Assembly (NCBI GenBank): GCA_028023455.1
Contig: JAQFVV010000004.1
Span: 22,940,001-23,004,000, forward strand
DNA length: 64,000 bases
Direction of reading: 5' to 3'
Source: Epiperipatus broadwayi
Taxonomy: Eukaryota > Animalia > Onychophora
The position numbers and the translations under genes are program-made. The notes beneath the pieces were generated by a model. The model had not been told where the DNA came from. It ran no database searches and saw nothing but the letters and a program-made list of their open reading frames with translations. Below are positions 54,266-64,000 of this stretch, one piece after another. The stretch's first letter is position 1. Each line of letters opens with the position of its first letter.

Positions 54266-56731
54266 CTTCAGTATTTTTTAAAATGGCAGAAAAGTGACAA
54301 TAAAGCAAGATTGTATACAAAATATCTATACAATAATCAAAATAGAAATTTAGCAATGGTCAACTAAGGAATTTCAATATATTACATTTTCATAAGTAAT
54401 TTACTTAATAATGTTATCAAAAGTTTCATTATTTATAATAAAGATAGAAAGAAAAATTAAAATCGTTCAGATTTCAAAAAATTCTCTAACAATTTTTTTA
54501 ATATTTTCAACTAAGTCCTCAAACATATGTTGAAATTAAAAAGTCATTTGAATAATATAGACATTTTAAAATATGGCTGCTATCAAATATATAGCATTTG
54601 CATATTGACCAAAATAAATCATTATAGATTAATAGAGCTGTCTTCCAAGGGCTCAAATAATATATATATATATCTCAATTATTGGTGATATAAAATTACT
54701 ATTTTTTACATGTTATTAACTTTTTTTTTTTAATTTTTAAAGTAATTTATGATTTTCAGAATAATTGGCCACCACATATAATTTCTTTACTTCTTAAAAT
54801 GAAACTTTTTTTTTTATTGTTGTGCTTTTTCTTTAGTGGCTAAAACTCAATCACTCATTAGGATTATAAAAAATAATAATAATAATTGAATGGTTTATTC
54901 TTAGATATTCATAAGTTGTTCGAACACCAGAAGTGATAGACTGAGGAATGATCAAAAGACCTTCAGCTCCAGAATCAGCTTTTTTATTACTATAACAAAC
55001 CATGCAGAATATCAGTCAGTAATATTTTTGTATATCAACAAATTATTTTGAGAAATGTCATCTTACTGATCATTATATAAGGATATTTTTCTAAAGATAT
55101 ATCTTGCTATTTAAAGCATATTTTTGATTCTATTAGAACAACTCGGGTGATGAAAGCCCTTTACACAAATACTTGCAGAATCAAACAGTAGCATTTTAGA
55201 AAAACAATTATTGTATAGTAAAACTGGCTTTATTCTTATTTAATCTTATTTCAATTATAGCATAAGTTTTCCTAAATAAGACAGATTTTCAATTGGTATG
55301 TTTAGTGATATGTATGTGTATGCTTAAATGCACATACATGTAAAGGTATAAATTCTAATGGACATAAATAATAAGTTATAAAGGAATTAAAGAATTTTAA
55401 AAGACTGATCATTTTAAAATAGAAAATAAGTTATTTATAACTTTATAAGATTAGAAAAAAGATTATTTTCTAAAAGTAAAAGCAGTTAAATTAATGAGAG
55501 TAGAATACAATATTATAATGGGATAGTGAACAATTAAAGAAATACGAGCCAATCAGTTTTAGGGAACGAAACAATGAATGAATTCAGCGAAAATTGGATC
55601 AAGAAAAGGACACTTGATTCTTGGAGCTTCACCAGAGCACACGAACTTATAAGTAGGTGCAGAACGTCACCCGAATACACAGGAATTTCAAATGCAGAGA
55701 GCTGGCCCCAGAACACGTGAACAGCCCGCTAGGACTCATACAGGTCATATTGATCTTCAATATTATTTTTATATGCTACGGGCCTGCACTTAATCTCAAC
55801 TTAATAGAGTTGCATTGTTATTATTATTGTTAAGTTAATCTGGAAATGGTTAAGTATGCAGACAAAATGTCCAGCAATATAGTAAGACAGACATAGCAAT
55901 TAGTAAATACACTTTAAATTACTGCTACAATACAAATTTCTATTTGTATTATTATTACAAAGCTTTCAGAAAACAATACATAATTAGTAGAGGAGAGAAC
56001 ATTATAAATATATAACTTCTAAGAATTAAAATTATATTAAAAAATGCATTCTCCAATATTAAAATAGATTCAAAAAAATAATTTATAAAAGTTGCTTATA
56101 TTGAGGATTTTTTTTTATGTGAGTATGTCATCAAAAATTTATTTTCACTATACTTATTTTTATTTATAACAGATTGATATATCATTGTCTTATTTTGTGT
56201 GAGTGATATTTATATGATTTTTAACCAATGATATAAATCTTCCAACTCATTCACACTGCATTTGAACAAGTCACACAAGTTATTGATTTTAAATTTCCAT
56301 TGCTTATTAACTTTACATATAATGACAGTTACGTTGCATAAAGAATAAAAAGTCTACAGATTTAAAAGCCATTGCACATCATATACATTCTATTACATCT
56401 ATAAAATTTTATTCCAGAATCACACTCACACACACAAACAATAATACTATGAAGATCAATAATCTGAAGAAAATAGAAATTATACTTTTTTTAAAAAATG
56501 AAACTATTTTGAAATAAACTGGATGGATTTAATTAGCAACTTGGAATTATCAAAACATACAAAAAAAGAAGTAACTATTTTGTATCAAAAAAATGAATTT
56601 GTTGTATCTGAACAACAATCATAAATTTAAATGGCAACCAAAAAATAATTTTTTTAACTATTTATTAAATCAAATAAATATTACCATATGATTTTCAACA
56701 AACTAACAAAAGAAAATTTTAAGCAACTTAC

Positions 56732-56849
56732 TTTCCCTACAGAAGAGAAAAATTCTTCAAGGTCTCTTGCTCTAACACGGGCAGATAATTGCATAACAAA
56801 AACTGTCCGTGCATCTCTCTCTTCTGGAGTTAAATCTGATTCTGGTGGT
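56732..56849 (-). CDS. RBM39: RBM39 exon (start of RRM1)
   Basis: PPESDLTPEERDARTVFVMQLSARVRARDLEEFFSSVGK; 118 nt; donor GTAAGT. Confidence 0.96.
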
Positions 56850-57274
56850 CTGAATTTTAAAATAATAATAATAAAAACTATAATAAATCTTTAAAATCAC
56901 AATTTGCATATAATTAAAATATATTAAGATAATCAAAATATTTCCATTTTTCCTATATATTAAAAAACAACTCTTCAATACAAAGTAATTGAATGCAAAG
57001 AAATATGCTTAAATATTTCATTCTAACAAGTTTAAAACATATTATAATAGTGTAATGTAAACATCAGTAACCTAGAATAAGGGCTGTTTTTCAAGATATT
57101 TTTTCTTTCAAGATCAAGCAATCTGATTGATTTTTTTAAGTTACATGAAATTTTCAGGGAATGATAAATATTATAAAGCTAATGTATATGTAAAAAAATA
57201 TAGTTTATAATATAGATTTAAGTATTATTACTTGCCACCAAAATCTAAAAATTAAAAATTATAATATAAAGGCT

Positions 57275-58900
57275 ATGAAAGATAAGTTTGTTTCAAAGAT
57301 TTTAAGAGCACGTGGTAAAATGTTTCTTACTAATAAAGAATATAGGGAAGTTTATCCATCGGCAACTTTTATTCCGCAAATGTTTCCGAATGTAAAAACA
57401 CATAAGCTTAATGCTCCTTTAAGATTAATGATGGATTTTACAAGGGCATATTATCAAAAGCTTGCAAAAACTTTAGTTAAGTGGATTTTAGATTTTGTTG
57501 GGTTTGAAAAATATACATTAAAATCGTCATTTGATTGTGTTACTATACTTGATAAAACAGCTATAGTTAAAGGGTACGAGTTTATTTCATTGGATGTGGT
57601 GGAATTATATGGATCAGTGGATCGATCTGCATCTATTACAATTTTGACAGATAAATTGTGTGCTAAAGATATGCCGCAGGATAAAATATCTTTCATTATA
57701 AATGTTTTAATTTGGATAAGCAATGATATTGTTGCAGCACATGGTAATAACTTATATAGAATGGAAAAAGGAGGGCCAATGGGTTTGGCTGTAAGTGGAT
57801 TATTAAGTAGTTTGTTTGTAGATAATATAAAACAGCGAATTGTGCATCCCATATTGGTAAGAAATAAGAACATTATATTGTAGATATATGGATGATGTTT
57901 TGATATATTGACTACCAGACATTATAAAGCAAATTTTTGATTATTTGCAGAACCAGGATGGTTTAGTTTGGACAATAGAAAGAGAAGACAATTCTAGTAT
58001 TAAATACCTAGATTTGCAAATATCAAGGGTAGATGATAAATTAGTATATAAAATGGTTGTAAAACATATAGGTAATAGAGGTTACATTCATCTAACATCT
58101 AATGTTCCTTTAGTACACAAACTAGCTGGTTTTAGAGCTTTTTTAACATGTAATCAACGACTGTGTTCAAATGAAATGTTTAAGAAAGATAATATAAAAT
58201 GTTATATGCAAGATTTAATGCAAGTGGGTTATAATAAACAAATGCTATTATCTATTGTATTGAAGCATTATAAACAATGTTATAATAGTAATCATATAGA
58301 TATGAATAATAAACCATGGATGTCATTAGCTTTTATTCCCAATATTAATAAAAATATAAAAAAAGTTTTAAGTCAAGATTTTCGATTAGCAGGGAAAATT
58401 CCACCTAACCTTAATAGATTAATAAATAATTCTAAAGAAATAATAAATAAGGAGGATAAAAGCAGTGTTGTATATTCTATTAGATGCCCATAAATAAATT
58501 GTAGTGCAATATATGTTAGAGAAACCAAAACAAATATTAAATATCGCCTTCAACAACATAAATATATGTATAATAGAGCAAGAGAAGATGATACAGTTTA
58601 TTCAGCTTTTTATATTCACCAAAATAGTACAGGCCATATATGTAGTCCAAAGGATTTTACAATATTAATGCATGAAACACATGATAAAAAACGCAAGATT
58701 AAAGAATCATATCTTATACAAAATTCATCTTGTGCTATGAATTCAAAATTAACCAGCTTTCCAATTAGTTGTTCCTGGCCAATACAATGAAATGTTAAAT
58801 TCATCACCTAGGAGAAAATAGAATTTTTTACATTGCCTTGATAAGGACTCGTAAGAGTTGAAAGCACTTGGAAATATTATTTAGTTATTATTTTATTTAT
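57275..58900 (+). mobile_element. Penelope-like retroelement, 5'-truncated, antisense within an RBM39 intron
   Basis: NVKTHKLNAPLRLM, FISLDVVELYGSVD, GGPMGLAVSG, RYMDD after a frameshift, IKYLDL, and GIY-YIG SVVYSIRCP*INCSAIYVRET. At least one frameshift; the GIY-YIG is broken by an in-frame TAA. Confidence 0.94.
58832..58875 (+). ncRNA. Minimal hammerhead motif, U3-A8 variant
   Basis: ATTGCC-TTGATAAG-GACTC-GTAA-GAGTT-GAAA-GCAC-TT-GGAAAT, 42 nt after the ORF stop. Confidence 0.7.
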
Positions 58901-59219
58901 TTATATTAAAGAAATTCTGTATTAACAATTGGCGAATTATTATATTATATTTATATTATATATTTACAGAAGTATTATTTATTTATTTATATTTAATAAT
59001 TAAAAATTATTATTTTAAATACCAAAGCTCATTTAAAATAATATTTTTTTATTAAATATTATTATACTTTAAAAATACCATAGAATTTTATTTTAAACTC
59101 TGGTTGAAGATTCATTTGGGAAAATTCAATTAGATTTTAATTTTTAGCTTCCAAAAAACTGTGTTAAGTATGGATTATTTTTTACATATAGTTCAAAAAT
59201 AATTTAAATTGTAAAAATG

Positions 59220-59430
59220 TTAACCTTCCCTTAAGAAAAAAGTGAAGAAATAACAAGAAACCTTTTAAGTAAGTATATGAAATTTCTACTGACTGCTGCC
59301 TTTGACAGAATAGACTACTTCTTAAAGCAGATCTAAAACTCTGGTTCAATTTCCATACTAGTTCTGTGTTAGATAGGCTAGTAAAACCTGAAGAAGAAAA
59401 GAGAAATAACACCACTCGAAATATTCTGTA
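59220..59430 (+). repeat. Third, older copy of the family A terminal repeat (tRNA-like and hammerhead remnant)
   Basis: Shares TATATGAAATTTCTACTGAC, GCCTTTG.CAGAA, GGTTCAATT.CC and CCTGAAGAAGA...CTCGAAA.ATT; the D arm/A box is deleted; no PLE coding sequence adjacent. Confidence 0.78.
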
Positions 59431-60139
59431 TATACTAATTTATGTGCTATTACTAATAGTTGAAAGTATTTGAAAAGTTTAAATAAAATTTGAATTTTTT
59501 TAAAAACATGTAACAATTAATATTAAATGATGGAAATAATCCAACATATAATTTACAAATGAAAACTTCTGTATATAGTTTTATTATTTTGTAATGCAAA
59601 CAAGCACAAGTAATAATAACTAAAAAGATATTCTTCATCAAATCCAATTGATTTCAATGCTAAATAATTGAAAAGGCTCATAGCAAAAATTGTTTGAATA
59701 AAATATATATATAGAGAGAGAAACAAGTTCAAAACTCAGAATATACCTTTAAGTTTATTTGCAAAAAAAAATTTCAAATAAAATTGCTGTAGAATGAAAA
59801 ACTGTATACATTAAAATGGCAGTCATCCAAAATATTTAAAATAAAAATCTGCTGCATAAATTTATTGGAAATTAATTTCAATTTCATTTAGCTATAATGG
59901 TAAAACAAATTATTTAAAAAATCATAATTTTAATCCTTAAGCAAGATAATTAATAAGTTATTTTGATTAATCTTATCCATTAAAAAGAATATTTGAAAAA
60001 TAATACATAATTATAACGATTATACTAAAAATATATTATCAATAAAACAAGCAAACCAATAAAATAATTAAAAGTTCCTCTATACACAATCACTGTTAAT
60101 TAAGTGAATGGAACATAAAAAAAGAAAATTTATAAAATA

Positions 60140-60743
60140 TAGGGGATTTGAACAAGCCCCAACTATCCACACTATCTCATACAACTGATACACATGGCCA
60201 CATACATGTAGAAAATATCAATAATCACCAATATACATATTTCATGCTGAACCAGCACTCATCTGTTGGTCCAGATTATCATCTCCCACACATATATAAT
60301 CAGTGCTCAGTTTATATTAAGATAGCAAATCTTCACACTTTAATGGACAGGCTTCAATCCACTCCATCTCTTCAGACATCCATACCATTGAAAATCTCAT
60401 GATGGAAAGCCCAAATCCCATGCTGATGCCAATATTATTGCCATGCCTATGTTGATCTCAAGTCACTCTGACCGCTCATGTATAGGATCTTATCCATTTG
60501 GAGTAGATTGAAGCCTGTCCATTAAAGTGTGAAGATTTGTTATCTTAATATAAACTGAGCACTGATTATATATATATGTGTGGAAGATGATAATCTGGAT
60601 CAACTGATAAGTACTGATTTAGCACGAAATATATATATTGGTGATTATTGCTCTTTTCTACATGTGTGTGGTCATGTGTATCAGTTGTATGAGATAGTGT
60701 GGATAGTTGAAGGGGGCTTGAAAGTCTGTGTTCAAATCCCCTA
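60140..60743. mobile_element. Family B foldback: two inverted hammerhead-bearing arms
   Basis: Arms at 60140-60366 and 60499-60743; ends TAGGGGATTTGAACA / TGTTCAAATCCCCTA with TA flanks; hammerhead motifs at 60228-60269 (minus) and 60601-60641 (plus). Confidence 0.85.
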
Positions 60744-63400
60744 TATTTACAATTAAGCTCCAGGATTGTTAAGAGTGCCTAGTTTTTAAATATTTAAATT
60801 ATAACTAACATGATTAAATTTCTATTCATAAAAACAGAAGACATAAAATTAATTAAAATGTAAAATGATAGGAAATAAATTTCCAAGATCTGTAAATATA
60901 TATTCATCTTCACATTTAGTTAGAAAATTTCTAAAATAAAAAAAGAAATAAAACATTGTAGATGAAGATACAATACAAATAAAATTGTATTGTCTTCTAT
61001 TTCATAAAAATCGGTAATAAATTGTAACAAAAAAAAAAAATCTATCAACAAATAGAATATTATTAACGATAATACAAGAACATGTTTTAAACTGAAGATA
61101 AATTTTAACTAAAAAAAAAAAAGGTTTCTCCAAAAAATAACATGTAGGCAGTACAGTAGTCAAAAGTTCATGCAATAAAAGCATTAATGGATTGATGCAA
61201 TAAAAACAGAATTAAAACATAGTGATGAATAATACTTACAATAATATCGATATATAATATTAATGGAAGATTCCATTACAAAAAGAAAAAAAAATTATTT
61301 GGTGGTTCTAAATCTTTTGTAACAACCTGGCATTAAATAAATGAAATTCTGAAGAATTTTTTTCTACATACAACTATCAATACAAGAACTTATTATTTAA
61401 AATAAAATAATAAAATGACTGTGTTAACTATTTATGAGGATGACATCTTGAGAATGTAACAAAATTCAAGATAACATTTCCAAATTTAGAAAATTGCTAT
61501 ATCATTGACATCAGATACTATATAATGAAATGCCGATTGGAATTTTTCAATAATATAAAAACTATGCACAGCAGAGATATTAGGGACTATATAATCACTT
61601 TGAAATACATATTTAAAAAAAAATTGACAATCATAAAAAAAATAAAGAGAATAAATTGATTAACAAATATAAATTTAGTTATTTCTAACAGATATGATGT
61701 AGTATAGATCACAAATAAATATTTAACTTGATATAATGAGTCATTCATTGTATGGCAATTAAATGTTATATGGTATAAAAAAAGTTACATTTAAATGAAT
61801 TCGTAATATTCATATCTTAACTGGTGAGAAGATAATCCAAGTATTTTTTTTAATTAAAAAATCTTCCATCTTACAATTATTTTATCACTTTATAATATTT
61901 TAATCTTAAGTCCAATGAAATGATTCTGCCATTGTCTCCATCTTTGCAATGCACTATTTACAAAGACATTGGTGAAATATGAGAATTATCTTTTACATAA
62001 CTGATGAATGAACACTTAAATGAAATAAATGCATTGAGAATTTTTATATTGTTTACATATTAAATAAATTAAAAAATTAAAATTACACTCAAGTATTTCT
62101 TTTAAAGATTTAATCCTTTATGTATTAACAATATATCATTTGACTAATAAATAAAAAGTTGTGATTAGCCAAAATTTCAGAAGAAAATGATTTAAATTAC
62201 TGACAAGTAAAATTTTTTTTTAATAATAGTTGACAGAATCTTTAGCTATTAAAATAGGTATTCTTTTGCAGCATTGGATGCAAAACTATTTATTACTAAG
62301 AAAAATATTTAACTTCTTATTCAAGCAAAAAAAAAAAAAAATATTCAACATGTTTCTACTGCAAGGCTATTGATATTAACACATTGTGTTTAGATCTATA
62401 ATAACCACCAGCTGTACAAAAAATTTAAAGAATGTTTAAATTGATATGTTTAAGTGAATTTATTTAACATGGAGAGAAGTCATTTTATAACAAAATTAAG
62501 GTGAATTAGTGTTTAATTACCGTGGATGCAATATTACAAGAGATTTTTTTTTTTATATTCAAATCAATTATTGGATGACATTTTAAAAATAATCAAAACA
62601 ATATTTCAATAGTACATTTAATGAAATAAATTGATATGCAGATCAAGCATTTCAGAAGAAAATATGGCTCAAAATTGAGATTAACTGAAAGTATAAAATA
62701 CTATAATGAATTCTAAAGACATTATATGAAAAAAATAAAATAAAATATTACATTATTAATTTTATTTAATACATTGATTATAAAAACAAAATAATTGGTA
62801 ATTTAAAATTATATTTGTGATTCCCAGTACACTATTGGATAGTACAGATTTAATCCTTTAAGATTTAGTAAAATTGCAACATTGAATTTAAAAGTAAAAA
62901 GTGTAAATAACCAAAATTTCATATATATATATTTCTAGTTCACAAAATGATTGATAATTGTTTGTGCACTAAGTAAAGAATTATTAAGGGCTATAGTTAT
63001 ATTTGTAGAAAAGAACTGTAAATATTATCATAGAAATAGTTGCACTTAATGTTTTATACCATTACTTAGTATTATTATATTACTACTGACATGCTGTTAT
63101 TATCATTTAATAAATTAACTATTATTGTTGACTATTTTAAAACTAATTTTTCTCATTTAAATTCAGTGAAAAATGCAAAGCATGCAGAATTTCAATTTCT
63201 AACACAAAGTTAGAAATATAAATTCTATGTGCATAGCAGAATACTGGTAAATTTAGTAATTTATACTTAAATTTTTTTTTCTTGTATTATCAGCTAAAAC
63301 TCCTGAAATGTTTATTATTATTATTATTATAATATATATATATAAGTAATTATAATATAATAAGTATATTAAAAGTGTAATAAGATTATATATAAAATAC

Positions 63401-63436
63401 CTTGGGAACAACTTGAGGTCTGATGCAGGAGGAGCC
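63401..63436 (-). CDS. RBM39: Candidate 36-nt RBM39 microexon (xAPPASDLKLFPR)
   Basis: GC-rich island bounded exactly by TATATAG| and AAG|GTATTT; open frame whose phase-2 end fits the 56849 exon. Confidence 0.5.
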
Positions 63437-64000
63437 CTATATATATATATAAATGAAAATCAAGTACTAATAATCATACAGTATTAAAATGTAAATAAAA
63501 TTAAAATAAACTTTTTAAAAATATTGTACATAAACTCTCAAATCTAATATCTTAAATTGTAACTATATTTATTGCTTCTTTATACTTAAAACTATTGTTA
63601 TCAAACAAAATCTATATTAGTAAATATTTTTATCAAATTATTATATAATATTTTAAAATATTTCTAAACAAAAAATTCTCAATTGCCAATGAACTAGTTT
63701 TGGTCAAAGACTTCTTCCCTTCAATTTTCCTGTAATATTATCATCCAAAATATAGCAATAAACTAAACTATTTTACTCTGCCATTTATTTTTTATTTTTT
63801 TGAAAAGTCTTCTTGGGAATTTGAGAACCATACTCATTGATCTATAGCATTTTTCCAAATAGTCAGTTTACTTCTACTTCAATTATTTACACAACAATAG
63901 TTATTTTAATCCCTGGCTCCTTAGCTTAGTAAAGAGCTTTTAAGTGCATCTGCTTTAAAACAAGCTTCTCTCTGTAATTATCTAGTATACTTAAACTTAT

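Noticed and set aside
55500-55800. CpG-containing island in an RBM39 intron
   Set aside because: Likely an LTR fragment; no termini, splice-compatible frame or RNA fold recognised.
57454-57873. 139-aa minus-strand ORF (also 174-386, 469-771 and 23049-23399)
   Set aside because: Antisense shadows of transposon coding sequence.
57500-58790. Selenocysteine or programmed read-through in the PLE ORF
   Set aside because: The interruption in the GIY-YIG is TAA, the RT break is a frameshift, and no SECIS-like element was seen; ordinary decay explains it.
59182-59415. 77-aa minus-strand ORF as a missing RBM39 RS-domain exon
   Set aside because: No RS/RD repeats; it is the antisense of the family A repeat.
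60700-60743. GTTCAAATCCC as a tRNA B box in family B
   Set aside because: No A box or D arm at the proper distance.

Overview
AT-rich, intron-rich animal genomic DNA (probably an arthropod; inference). Two genes converge tail to tail. On + are the last three coding exons of GMP reductase (GMPR; 11108-30507). On - are eight clear coding exons of the RBM39/RBM23 (Caper) splicing factor, RRM1 to the stop codon (37457-56849), plus a candidate 36-nt microexon at 63401-63436. Their 5' exons lie outside the window. Introns and intergenic DNA hold nested, mostly decayed transposons: a Ty3/Gypsy LTR element split by a hAT insertion, a 3-kb solo LTR, Merlin, Tigger-like and foldback MITEs, and four Penelope-like (PLE; RT/GIY-YIG) remnants. 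The most interesting signal is non-coding. Nine minimal type-I hammerhead-ribozyme motifs from five repeat families can be read by eye, with varied bases at the 3:8 core pair. In one PLE family the hammerhead sits directly behind a tRNA-like (A-box/B-box) module inside the terminal repeat. No rRNA, intact tRNA gene or CRISPR array was seen. All calls are by-eye; no searches or folding were run.
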